Counted from the stretch's first letter, positions 19,667 through 29,426 are shown. The stretch: 64,000 bases of DNA from Ignavibacteriaceae bacterium (GCA_036170275.1 JAVHOU010000223.1:12294-76293), one strand, 5' to 3'. Translations and numbers: made by a program. Notes: generated from the sequence alone by a model not told the origin.

Positions 19667-20716
19667 ATGAAAATTGCAGTTTTACTTTCCGGTGGAGTGG
19701 ATAGTTCTGTTGCACTTCGACTGCTTAAAGATGAAGGGCACGATGTTACTGCGTTCTATTTAAAGATTTGGCTTCAGGATGAATTTTCATTTCTTGGCAA
19801 CTGTCCCTGGGAAGAAGATCTTGAATTTGCAAGAGCTGTTTGTGATCAAGCTAAAGTTCCACTTGAAACAATTAATATGCAAACCGAGTATTGGGATTCA
19901 GTTGTATCTTATACTATCACAGAAATTAAAGAAGGCAGAACTCCTAATCCTGATATGTTGTGCAACAGGTTAATTAAATTCGGACAATTCATTAATAAAA
20001 TTGATAACTCGTTTGAAAAAGTTGCTTCAGGTCATTATGCTCGAGTTGAAAATCTAAACGATAAATTTGTTTTAAAAACTTCACCTGATCCGATAAAAGA
20101 TCAAACATACTTTCTTGCCTATCTTACTCAAATGCAATTAAGCAGGGCATTATTTCCAATCGGAACTTATAAAAAAAAACAGATAAGAGAACTCGCAAAA
20201 AAATATGATTTGCCAAACATGAATCGTAAAGACAGTCAGGGGATTTGTTTCCTTGGTAAAATTAAGTTTACTGATTTTATTAAACACCATCTTGGCGAAC
20301 TTGAAGGAGATATAATTGATATCGATAGCAATAAGATTATGGGTAAACATAAGGGATATTATTTTTATACAATTGGTCAGCGCTCGGGATTACGCTTAGG
20401 CGGCGGTCCGTGGTATGTTGTTAAGAAAGATATTAATAAAAATATTATTTATATCTCACGAGAGAATTTAATTGAACGTGCGAGAAAAGAATTTATTGTT
20501 GGCAAATTTAATTGGATAAGTGATCAGAAATTTTCTAATAAAAATCTGAAAGTTAAAATCAGGCACGGCGAAAGATTTTTTAATTGTACCTTGGAAATTG
20601 AAGATGATAAAGGTTTTGTAAAATTAGAAAAAGAAGATCTTGGTATTGCTGCAGGACAATTTGCTGTTTTTTATAACGATGATATTTGTTTAGGTGGCAG
20701 TGTGATATTGGAATAA
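19667..20716 (+). CDS. mnmA: tRNA 2-thiouridine(34) synthase
   Basis: PP-loop MKIAVLLSGGVDSSVA. KDQTYFL, SQGICFLG. Confidence 0.93.
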   Translation: MKIAVLLSGGVDSSVALRLLKDEGHDVTAFYLKIWLQDEFSFLGNCPWEEDLEFARAVCDQAKVPLETINMQTEYWDSVVSYTITEIKEGRTPNPDMLCNRLIKFGQFINKIDNSFEKVASGHYARVENLNDKFVLKTSPDPIKDQTYFLAYLTQMQLSRALFPIGTYKKKQIRELAKKYDLPNMNRKDSQGICFLGKIKFTDFIKHHLGELEGDIIDIDSNKIMGKHKGYYFYTIGQRSGLRLGGGPWYVVKKDINKNIIYISRENLIERARKEFIVGKFNWISDQKFSNKNLKVKIRHGERFFNCTLEIEDDKGFVKLEKEDLGIAAGQFAVFYNDDICLGGSVILE

Positions 20717-20748
20717 AATTTCCACACCCCAAAATTCAAATCATTTTA

Positions 20749-20964
20749 TTACGAAGTTGATGTAGAAAAAAGAATTTGGCTGAGATGGTCAGCATTTAAG
20801 TATTTTTCTTTGGTCATCTTAATTAAGTTTTTACATTCTACACATATATAAACATATCTAACACCAATTACGGAATCAAGTTTTGCAACCCAAATTTCCG
20901 AGATGGCTCTATTACATATCGGACACGTTGTACTTATTTGGATTTGTTCAATTTCTTTTGTCAT
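20749..20964 (-). CDS. small zinc-ribbon-like protein, unknown function
   Basis: Two CxxC pairs (CPICNR ... CVECKN). Same strand as, and 66 nt downstream of, the protease gene. Confidence 0.4.
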   Translation of the reverse strand: MTKEIEQIQISTTCPICNRAISEIWVAKLDSVIGVRYVYICVECKNLIKMTKEKYLNADHLSQILFSTSTS

Positions 20965-21030
20965 TCAAGCTCTCAATACACCTACAGACAATTAAGTAAA
21001 TTAAAAAGTTACTGGATGACACAAATAATT

Positions 21031-22071
21031 TTATTGAAAAATGTAAAATCCTCTATCATTAAGATAAGGTTTATTTTGAATAAGAAAAGTCATTATACTT
21101 TCAATAGGAATAATTTTTGCGATTCCATATTTGATAGAAGAATGTTTTCTTACAAATAAATTACCTTTATACGGTACAACAGGATTATATGTTGTTTTAT
21201 CTTTTAAAGTTTCTGGATAAATAAAACTTTCATCATCCTCAGGCACCCACTGTACCATTCCAATCAATTCAAAATTAGGAACACCATCACGAATTGCAAG
21301 AACAAGTCCGCCGCTAAAACCCGGATTGATAACAGCATCTACAAGAAATGATCCGCTTTCATCGCGCCTAGGACCGCTTACAATTGCTTTTGTAATTATC
21401 TTATAATTTAAAGGATATCCAAAAAGATAAACAAAAGTTCCCCATTCAACTTCCTTTGCTTTACCAATTGGATATTTAAATGCGGGCAAATTAACTTTTG
21501 TTGGTGCATCATATTTTCTGCCCAGCACCGCAATATCTAAGCGATCATCTTTAACAATTATATCTACATGACTTCCTTCGGGAAAACCTGCAGCATAAAT
21601 AACTTGTTTTTCTTTTATGGAAATTGATTCAATATAATTTGTTGCTTTACCTTTTTCATCAAGTCTATAAGCAACAATGGTATCCGGAAATGTAACAGTG
21701 TGGGCACAAGTTAACAATGCGATGTTTCCATTTTCGGAATAAACAGTAACGGCGGTGCCCGCAGATGAATTATCAGCCAAAGCTTCTGATACAGTAATTT
21801 TGTTGAGTTGTTTTCCTTCGATATCCTTTAATATATATCTGCTGTTTTCATCAAAAATATAAATTTTATAAAATGCAGTAGAATTAACCCTTTGAATTGT
21901 TTCAATAATTTTTGTTAATTCCTCTGAAGTAGATTTGTATGGAAATTCACTGTCATACTTTCCATCTCTTAATGTTGGATATATAGTCTCGTATGAAACT
22001 GATGAGCAGTTATAAAAAACAATAGGGGATATCAGTAAACAGAGAATTAATACTAATTCTTTCTTTTCCAT
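21031..22071 (-). CDS. trypsin-like (S1/S1C-like) serine protease lipoprotein
   Basis: Lipobox VFYNCS. Candidate triad contexts LLTCAHTV, LDIAVLG, NPGFSGGLV. Confidence 0.65.
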   Translation of the reverse strand: MEKKELVLILCLLISPIVFYNCSSVSYETIYPTLRDGKYDSEFPYKSTSEELTKIIETIQRVNSTAFYKIYIFDENSRYILKDIEGKQLNKITVSEALADNSSAGTAVTVYSENGNIALLTCAHTVTFPDTIVAYRLDEKGKATNYIESISIKEKQVIYAAGFPEGSHVDIIVKDDRLDIAVLGRKYDAPTKVNLPAFKYPIGKAKEVEWGTFVYLFGYPLNYKIITKAIVSGPRRDESGSFLVDAVINPGFSGGLVLAIRDGVPNFELIGMVQWVPEDDESFIYPETLKDKTTYNPVVPYKGNLFVRKHSSIKYGIAKIIPIESIMTFLIQNKPYLNDRGFYIFQ

Positions 22072-22201
22072 TTATATATCCTCTTATAATTATTTTATTA
22101 ATATTCTATTTTCGTAAAACAGTCTGCCTCGCCGGATAAGCCTGCTCTGCGATTTTTATAATAGTCTTACAAACTCTGAGTAAGGTGCATTAATAATTCT
22201 T

Positions 22202-23620
22202 TTACTCAATATGTTTTGTCTTGAATCCTTTCTGCATCCAGCCGCGAGCAAGAAATAAACTAACACTACTTATCATTGCAATACATCCATAAATCAACCA
22301 CATTTGTTGAGTATGCATTTGTGATGGTGCAACTCCTTCAGGAGCATAATGCATCAAGAACCAACCGGAGTATAAGCTTGTAACTACTTTTGTTAAGAAC
22401 CACGGAAACTGTCCTATACCCATATAAATTCCTGTCATTCCTTTAGGAGCAATTTCTGCAACCCACTGTAAAAATCTGGGCTGCCACATTGCTTCACCTA
22501 TAGTCATCAAAATAAGATAAGCAAATACGTTAGTGATACTTGGTCCCAAGGCTAAAATAAAAGTTGGAAATGCCATAACAAATGTTCCATATATCATCAT
22601 TTTATATGTATCACGCTTTACTGTTAAAGCTGCAACCATAGGAGTTAGAATAAAAATTAAAATTGGATTGAAGTTTGTAAAGAACTCAAAGTTATCAGCA
22701 ACTACGCCGGTAAATGCTCTTTTAAAATAGACGGGAAGTGTTAACCAATTATGTGCGAATAGTGTTTGAACAGGAATAAGAATAAAAATGAAAAACATAA
22801 ACCGGTAATCTTTGATTGGAAAATTTTTCAGATAAAACATTATTTTTTCTTTGGCTGATTTTTCATCCTCTGCTTTTTTATCTGCTTCAATCTTTTCTGC
22901 TGTTTCAGTGCTTACCTCCCGAATTGTTTTTTCTATAGTTTTTTTAGTGAGTATGATTGCTACAACAATAATTCCTAAAACAGTTAAGCCAACGTAAACC
23001 CACATTACGGCAAGAATGCCATCTTGTTCGGTTCCAAACGCTTTTCGTATTGGTGGTGCAATAATTCCAGGTAAAAATCCACCAAGATTCATTATCGCAT
23101 AAAGCATAGCATAACCCATAGCAGATGTTTTTTCGGTTGTAAATAGTTTTACTGCAGCATAGCAGGCAGGCTGGTAAATTCCATAACCAAGAATAATTCC
23201 AAATATTCCAAGCATCGCAACAAGATGAGCAGACGACCATAAACCCGTATTGCTTGTGATGGTGGGTCCCAGTGTGAGAAATATTCTGCCGATTAACATA
23301 AAGACAAGTGAATAGAGTAAGGATTTTCTAACTCCTATCCAGTCAACGGTTGCACCTAAAAAAAGCATGGCAAGAGTTATACCGGCAGTTTGAAATCCTA
23401 CCATTTGTCCTGCACTAATATCATCAAGCTTTATAAAATCAGTAAAGTAAATAACTAAGTAGCCAACTATGCCAAAGTAAGTTATTCCTTCAAGAAGATA
23501 AGAAAGGTTAATGCCCCAAATTGCACGTGATGATTTGAATAGATCTTTAAATGGTTGAGTAATCTCTTTTAAAGTGCTTTTAAATATATTTTGATTGGGT
23601 TCAGGAGTGTCGTTCGCCAT
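22202..23620 (-). CDS. MFS transporter, POT/PTR2-like
   Basis: About 12-14 hydrophobic segments. The N-terminal LLEGITYFGIVGYLVIYF resembles the ExxERFxYYG region of POT transporters. Confidence 0.7.
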   Translation of the reverse strand: MANDTPEPNQNIFKSTLKEITQPFKDLFKSSRAIWGINLSYLLEGITYFGIVGYLVIYFTDFIKLDDISAGQMVGFQTAGITLAMLFLGATVDWIGVRKSLLYSLVFMLIGRIFLTLGPTITSNTGLWSSAHLVAMLGIFGIILGYGIYQPACYAAVKLFTTEKTSAMGYAMLYAIMNLGGFLPGIIAPPIRKAFGTEQDGILAVMWVYVGLTVLGIIVVAIILTKKTIEKTIREVSTETAEKIEADKKAEDEKSAKEKIMFYLKNFPIKDYRFMFFIFILIPVQTLFAHNWLTLPVYFKRAFTGVVADNFEFFTNFNPILIFILTPMVAALTVKRDTYKMMIYGTFVMAFPTFILALGPSITNVFAYLILMTIGEAMWQPRFLQWVAEIAPKGMTGIYMGIGQFPWFLTKVVTSLYSGWFLMHYAPEGVAPSQMHTQQMWLIYGCIAMISSVSLFLARGWMQKGFKTKHIE

Positions 23621-23736
23621 TTTCTATCCTGTATTTTAAATTTTTTGTTGATGAATATTTGTTTAAAGAAAAATAAGAAATTCAAAATTCGGGACTAATC
23701 TAATAAAATTAAAAATTAAACTATACCAACAATTAT

Positions 23737-24675
23737 TTATTGTTCTTTACTAATATGATTAAGATTTTTCATCAATCCTCGTTGTTCCAAACCTCTTAAT
23801 CCCTGTAAACCACCGGAGTGAATTGCAACAATTACAGAATGTTTTGGAAAAAAATCTTTTTGGTTAAGATCAAAAATCCCTAACAACATTTTGCCCGTGT
23901 AAATTGGCTCTATTTCTATATTGTGTTGATCTTTAAAGTCATAACAAAAATTTATTAGCTCCTTTGATACTTTGGCGTATCCGCCAAAATGATAATCCAA
24001 ATTGATATTCCAATTAGAAAGATTTTGCTTCCCGAAACGTGATAAAAGATTTTTTATATTATCAGTTAAAAACTCTGCACCTTTTAAAGCAGAAAAACCA
24101 ATCGCTTTAGCCTTAGAATCCAATCCTAAAATTAAACCGGCTAATGTTCCCCCGGTTCCGCAAGCACAACAAACAAAATCAAATTGAATATTTATTCTTG
24201 GTATAATTTCGGCACATCCTTGTACCGCAAGATGATTCGATCCACCTTCAGGAATTAAATAAAATTTGCCATATTCTTTTTTTAGACGATCAATAATTTT
24301 TTCATCGTATTTATTTCTGTAAGATATTCTATCTAAATAATAAAATTTCATTCCGCAGGATTGTGCAAAACTTAAAGTAGAATTAAGCGGCAGATGTTCT
24401 TCACCTCTTATTACACCAATGGTTTCAAATCCAAATTTTTTTCCTGCCGCAGCAGTTGAGTAAATATGATTTGAATAAGCACCGCCAAAAGTTAAAAGCT
24501 TATCATAACCAAGATTTCGTGCTTCAATTAAATTGTACTTTAGTTTAAACCACTTATTGCCGGAAATATGCGGGTCAATTAAATCTTCTCTCTTTACAAA
24601 AAGTTTTATATTGCTGTTGTGCAACCTTGAATCTATGATTTCAGTTAAAGGAGTTTCGGGATTTTCTGTAAACAT
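23737..24675 (-). CDS. ACC deaminase / D-cysteine desulfhydrase family PLP-dependent enzyme
   Basis: LFVKREDLIDPHISGNKWFKLKYNL (PLP-lysine region), GGAYSNH, EGGSN. Confidence 0.85.
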   Translation of the reverse strand: MFTENPETPLTEIIDSRLHNSNIKLFVKREDLIDPHISGNKWFKLKYNLIEARNLGYDKLLTFGGAYSNHIYSTAAAGKKFGFETIGVIRGEEHLPLNSTLSFAQSCGMKFYYLDRISYRNKYDEKIIDRLKKEYGKFYLIPEGGSNHLAVQGCAEIIPRINIQFDFVCCACGTGGTLAGLILGLDSKAKAIGFSALKGAEFLTDNIKNLLSRFGKQNLSNWNINLDYHFGGYAKVSKELINFCYDFKDQHNIEIEPIYTGKMLLGIFDLNQKDFFPKHSVIVAIHSGGLQGLRGLEQRGLMKNLNHISKEQ

Positions 24676-24896
24676 ATTTATAAGAATAAAATTACTTCTA
24701 AAATTATGGAATCAATTAGTGAAATCTGAATAAAAAATAAAACACTTTAAAATAAAAGAAGAGAAGAAAAATCTTAATATTCTCTCTAAGTATTTCAAAG
24801 ATGTGAGTAAATAATTAGTTAGATCAAATTAAAGTTATTACTAATTGTTCAAATATTCTTTTTCTTATATTTAACACACATTTAATCTTAAATATT

Positions 24897-26339
24897 ATGA
24901 ATTACATCTATCTGGGCGATTGCCACAATGTCTTAAAAAATGAAGTTGCAGATGAATCCGTTGATCTCATCTATATCGATCCACCCTTCAACAGCAAAAG
25001 AGATTACAATATATTTTTTGACAGTAAGGAAATTCAAACGCAAAGAATTGCGTTTGAGGACACCTGGACACTTACAAATATTCAGGATTCGCTTGCTGAA
25101 TTAAATACGATGCAAACCCATAACCTTTATAAACTCCTAATTACTTATGAAGAAGTTGCCCCGCACGCTTTCCCATATCTTGTAATGATGGGGCTAAGAA
25201 TTTTCGAATTACATAGAGTACTAAAACCAACAGGTAGTTTTTATATCCATTGTGATCCAACAATGAGTCATTATTTAAAAACTGTTTGTGATGTGATTTT
25301 TAAACAAAAATATTTTAGAAATGAAATTGCTTGGTGTTATGAAACTGCTGGGAAGAGCAAGAAAAACTTTTCAAAGAAACACGATATAATTTTTTGGTAT
25401 TCAAAAAGTGATGAATACCTTTTTAATGCTCATGATGTAGCAATACCACGAAAAGCTAATAAACATATGAGAATGGGTTTTGATGAAAATGGTAGAGAAT
25501 ATGAAGAAAAAACTGATAGGAAATCTGGAAAAAATTATCGTTGGTATTTAGATGAAGGAAGATTACCGTTTGATTACTGGGTAGATATTCAAGCATTAAA
25601 TCGAGAAGAAAAAGAGAGGCTCCACTATCCCACACAAAAACCAAAAGCATTATTAGAAAGAATAATAAAAGCAAGCAGTAACGAAGGTGATGTTGTATTA
25701 GATGCTTTTTGTGGTTGCGGTACTTCCATAGATGCAGCGGAAGGATTGCATCGTAAATGGATTGGAATCGATATTTCTCCAATTGCAATTTCACTTATCA
25801 AAAGAAGATTGAAAGATGCTTATAAAACTTCGCTAAGTAAATTTGAAGTACGTGGAGTTCCTGAAGATGAACCTTCAGCAATTCGCTTGTGGAATGAAAA
25901 TCCTTTTGCTTTTCAGGACTGGTGGCTTACTGAATTTGAAGTATTCTCGACCACAGAAGGAACGAAGGGAGCTGATAAGGGTATTGATGGAATAGGACAT
26001 TACTTAATTGGAGATAATGAAACAACAAGAGTGGCATTCCAAGTTAAAGGTGGAAAAGTTCAATCGAAAGATATTAATGCACTTATCGGAGTTCTTTCAA
26101 AACATAAATGTGATCTTGGTATATTTTTAACAATTGAAACCCCTACAAAACCAATGTTAGAAACAGCAGCACAGCAAGGATTTATTAAATACCCGGGATT
26201 TCAATATCCAAAAATTCAAATACATACATTAAAAGAATTCTTTGCAAATAAACGCCCAAAACTGCCGGCAACAAACATCACATTCAAAGCCGCTCAGTTT
26301 AAAGGGAAGAAAAATAAACAGATTGATTTGGGCATTTAA
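24897..26339 (+). CDS. beta-class N6-adenine/N4-cytosine DNA methyltransferase fused to a C-terminal Mrr-like restriction endonuclease domain
   Basis: Motif IV DLIYIDPPF precedes motif I DVVLDAFCGCGTS; HYPTQKP also present. The C-terminal part (GADKGIDGIGHY...VAFQVKGGKV...LGIFLTIETPT) resembles the Mrr catalytic domain. Confidence 0.8.
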   Translation: MNYIYLGDCHNVLKNEVADESVDLIYIDPPFNSKRDYNIFFDSKEIQTQRIAFEDTWTLTNIQDSLAELNTMQTHNLYKLLITYEEVAPHAFPYLVMMGLRIFELHRVLKPTGSFYIHCDPTMSHYLKTVCDVIFKQKYFRNEIAWCYETAGKSKKNFSKKHDIIFWYSKSDEYLFNAHDVAIPRKANKHMRMGFDENGREYEEKTDRKSGKNYRWYLDEGRLPFDYWVDIQALNREEKERLHYPTQKPKALLERIIKASSNEGDVVLDAFCGCGTSIDAAEGLHRKWIGIDISPIAISLIKRRLKDAYKTSLSKFEVRGVPEDEPSAIRLWNENPFAFQDWWLTEFEVFSTTEGTKGADKGIDGIGHYLIGDNETTRVAFQVKGGKVQSKDINALIGVLSKHKCDLGIFLTIETPTKPMLETAAQQGFIKYPGFQYPKIQIHTLKEFFANKRPKLPATNITFKAAQFKGKKNKQIDLGI

Positions 26340-26392
26340 TCACGAGTTTTATAAGTAACAAGTGCGAAGACATTATCGGGTTGAAGCGCTTG

Positions 26393-27271
26393 CTATACAC
26401 AAAACGCTAAATATTCTTTGCACAAATAAATAGAATAATGATGGGCTTTAATTGCATCTTCAAGTTTAAAAGGAATATCTCCATATCTAACGCTTGCTTT
26501 GCACTGAATCGTACTAATTAAATCATCACCCACATTTGGAAATCCAATTAATTGAAGTGATTCAATTAGTTCTCGTAGTCTATGATTTTTATTAAAGGCA
26601 ATTTTATTGCGTTGTAAAATTGATTTAAGAATTTTTTCAGTTGCTTGTAAAGAAGCCCATTTCGAGTGTCCTATATTAAATTGATTGTTCAATAAACTAT
26701 CAACTGCATATTTGAAATCTTCTATTGCAGATTCACACAAAACGTCTTTGTTTGATTCTTTTGATAGTAAGTCAAATAATTCAGAAGCAAAAGCGAATAT
26801 TTGTAAAATATTACCCTCTTCTTCTGGTGATAGTTCAGATGATAAATCCCTTGTTAAATCTTCAACAAAACTAATAACATTTAGAAGCATTGTTCCATCT
26901 TCGACAGCATTTTGATTTAATTTAAACTTCCCATCAGAACATATAGCAGCCTTCCCAAATATTAGCGGTATTTTCATTTTATAAATAGAACCAGCAATAA
27001 ATAATGCTACATATCCTTTAGAAAAATCTTTCTTTACACGATTACCATATTTTTTGTCGTACCAATCAGAAATAGTATGTGCAAGATTTACACTATCATA
27101 TTTGTCATCGGATTTAAATAAACGAGAACCTCCAAACATTATTTGAACTTTATATTTGACCGCATATTTGTGGATTGCATTTAGAGATCGAGAATAAATT
27201 GGAATATTTTCTATTCTTTGCTCATTATCAATTTCTGAAATACGATTTTCAAACTCAGAATCTGTTAACAT
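26393..27271 (-). CDS. hypothetical protein with a C-terminal HEPN-like domain
   Basis: The C-terminal part (SLQATEKILKSILQRNKIAFNKNHRLRELIESL...KASVRYGDIPFKLEDAIKAHHYSIYLCKEYL) fits the HEPN helical pattern. The start is trimmed to ATG 27271, because the track TTG start at 27346 reads through a GC-rich hairpin. Confidence 0.5.
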   Translation of the reverse strand: MLTDSEFENRISEIDNEQRIENIPIYSRSLNAIHKYAVKYKVQIMFGGSRLFKSDDKYDSVNLAHTISDWYDKKYGNRVKKDFSKGYVALFIAGSIYKMKIPLIFGKAAICSDGKFKLNQNAVEDGTMLLNVISFVEDLTRDLSSELSPEEEGNILQIFAFASELFDLLSKESNKDVLCESAIEDFKYAVDSLLNNQFNIGHSKWASLQATEKILKSILQRNKIAFNKNHRLRELIESLQLIGFPNVGDDLISTIQCKASVRYGDIPFKLEDAIKAHHYSIYLCKEYLAFCV

Positions 27272-27286
27272 ACTTTTGTATATAAC

Positions 27287-27344
27287 GGCGTTGTGGCTAA
27301 GGCGCAGCCCCAGAACAAAAGTGCGGTACTGAAATGCCAACGCC
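27287..27344 (-). other. isolated GC-rich (about 60%) stem-loop element just upstream of the HEPN-like gene
   Basis: Minus sense: GGCGTTGGC ... GCCACAACGCC closes a 58-nt element in DNA that is otherwise about 30% GC. Not tRNA-like. Confidence 0.3.
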
Positions 27345-27567
27345 AATAATTTATTAATTACTTCATTTACTTAACTACATTAAAAAAGCAACCTGCTTTT
27401 ACAACCCAACTCTAAAATCTGTAAACTGTCGCAACGTTTAAAGCAGTCGGTTTTGAGTTACAGGTTATGTTGCGTTTTGTATAATACTATTAATTATCTA
27501 TGTCGTTATATTCTAATAAAAGCTAATTGTTAAACTTGTAAATATAATTTCGATTTCACCAAGTACT

Positions 27568-28167
27568 CTATTTCTTATATATGATGATGGTTGTATCTTT
27601 TATATCATCATGTCCAAATTCAGCATGATAATAGACAAATACCTTAAAAGGTAGATTAAGATGCTTCTCAAAAATTAATTCACATCTAAATAATGGAATT
27701 GAAGGGCTTGGGAGTACACTCACCGGGGGATTATATGCACTTTGATATGTAAAATATTCCTTATCATATGTAAATACTTTAAGAAATCCAGGAGGAGGCT
27801 CATTTCGTATCAATCCTTTGTTAGGTATTACTATTTTCATTTCATAAACATTTGCTGTAAGATCACCATTATTTTTTAATTTGATTGCACTAATTTCGAA
27901 AGTTGTATCATTAGGATCAATATCAAAACTAATTTCTAATTTAGGTTTTCTATTAATATTAGCAATTATATTATCAAACTTTTGAATTACCTTACTAAAA
28001 TCATTTGTCGAACTATCAATATTTATTATGGTAACTATTACTGTAAATAATATAACCAAATACTCTATTATGTTTTTTCGAATTATAAATTTTTCTTTAT
28101 CTTTTCTATATAACCAGATACCATAGAAGAATAAAAAAACGAGAGGAATTAATGAAATTAATAACAT
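27568..28167 (-). CDS. small membrane-anchored protein (2 N-terminal TM helices plus a beta-rich domain), unknown function
   Basis: MLLISLIPLVFLFFYGIWLY and IIEYLVILFTVIVTIINI. Very low GC. Same strand as, and upstream of, the HEPN-like gene. Confidence 0.5.
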   Translation of the reverse strand: MLLISLIPLVFLFFYGIWLYRKDKEKFIIRKNIIEYLVILFTVIVTIINIDSSTNDFSKVIQKFDNIIANINRKPKLEISFDIDPNDTTFEISAIKLKNNGDLTANVYEMKIVIPNKGLIRNEPPPGFLKVFTYDKEYFTYQSAYNPPVSVLPSPSIPLFRCELIFEKHLNLPFKVFVYYHAEFGHDDIKDTTIIIYKK

Positions 28168-28487
28168 TCGATTATCTCCTTAAAAAGATCATAATATAAT
28201 AACCAAGATTTAAGATAATAAACAATTGACTGAAATAGCAACCTAACTAATACTTATCCGGAATTGCTATTCACCTAATTATCAACAATTATGGTATTAT
28301 TAAACACGGATTTAAACTAATGTAATTAATGGAGATGTTCAATTAACAATTGGCATAAAATATTTTAATAATAAATGGAATATAACAAGAATAACAATTC
28401 TGGGGTTTATTTTTTGAATTTGTTACCTACTTGTTACTCTAAAAATCATATCTTATTTTAAGTTAACAAGTTAGGCGATAATTAAAA

Positions 28488-28533
28488 GTTTCAAAACAAA
28501 AACCCCGTTCTATCATTCCAGAAAAAGAACGGG
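28488..28533 (-). terminator. orphan intrinsic-terminator-like hairpin in a 548-bp ORF-free region
   Basis: Minus sense: CCCGTTCT-(14 nt)-AGAACGGG followed by GTTTTTGTTTTG. No annotated minus-strand gene lies upstream of it. Confidence 0.3.
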
Positions 28534-28715
28534 TCATAGGGTATTTATCCTAAAATTCATCTATGAACTGCTTAACTGTTTTGGAGGGTTATGCACTATT
28601 TTTCTGATAGTATCAAATTGAAAATTTGAATAAGAAATTTTGTTTGAAGGAAAGTTTTGTAATATGAATACCATTTTTAAAAAACAAGACGGACTGACCA
28701 ATTAAAGGAATAAAT

Positions 28716-29426
28716 ATGAAAAAGATAATTTATCGATCCGAAGATAGAGGAAAAGCAAATTATGGATGGTTGGAAACCAGGTACAGTTTTAGCTTTGCAA
28801 ATTATTATAACCCGGATATGGTGCATTTTGGAATGCTGCGTGTTTTAAATGATGATATTGTTGCACCAGCTTTAGGATTTGGAACTCATCCGCACGACAA
28901 TATGGAAATAATAACAATCATTCTTGATGGTGCACTTGAACATAAAGACAGCATGGGTACTGGCTCTGTAATTAACAAAGATGAAATTCAGGTTATGTCT
29001 GCTGGTTCCGGAATTACACACTCAGAATTTAATCCATCAAAAGAGGAGAAAGTAAATCTTTTACAGTTGTGGATATTTCCGAAAGAAAAAAATATCAAAC
29101 CAAGATATGATCAAAAATCTTTTTCTGCAGATGAAAAGAGAAACAAACTAATTACTGCGGTTTCTGGTTTGAATAAAGAAGGTGCACTTTATATTCATCA
29201 AAATGCTGAAATAAAACTAGGCAATTTTAAAAAAGGTGAAATGTTAGTTTACGAACTTAGCAATGCTTCAAACGGAGCATACATTTTTTTAATTGACGGA
29301 CACCTTAAAATTGATGATGAAGATTTATTTAAACGCGATGCAATTGGAATTTATGATACTGCTAATTTTAAAATTGAAATATTAGAAGACACAAACTTTG
29401 TTTTGATTGATGTTCCGATGAACTAA
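28716..29426 (+). CDS. pirin family protein
   Basis: WLETRYSFSFANYYNP, GFGTHPHDNMEIITIILDG, MSAGSGITHSEFN. Confidence 0.9.
   Translation: MKKIIYRSEDRGKANYGWLETRYSFSFANYYNPDMVHFGMLRVLNDDIVAPALGFGTHPHDNMEIITIILDGALEHKDSMGTGSVINKDEIQVMSAGSGITHSEFNPSKEEKVNLLQLWIFPKEKNIKPRYDQKSFSADEKRNKLITAVSGLNKEGALYIHQNAEIKLGNFKKGEMLVYELSNASNGAYIFLIDGHLKIDDEDLFKRDAIGIYDTANFKIEILEDTNFVLIDVPMN

Noticed and set aside
27287-27344. GC-rich element as a tRNA gene or tRNA fragment (integration att site)
   Set aside because: It is only 58 nt, has no T-loop (GTTCGAATC-like) or D-loop consensus and no cloverleaf. No integrase gene is nearby.
24700-28715. Low-GC islet as a mobile genetic element
   Set aside because: I saw no integrase, transposase, tRNA target or clear direct-repeat boundaries. 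Only the composition and gene content suggest horizontal origin, so I did not annotate a mobile element.
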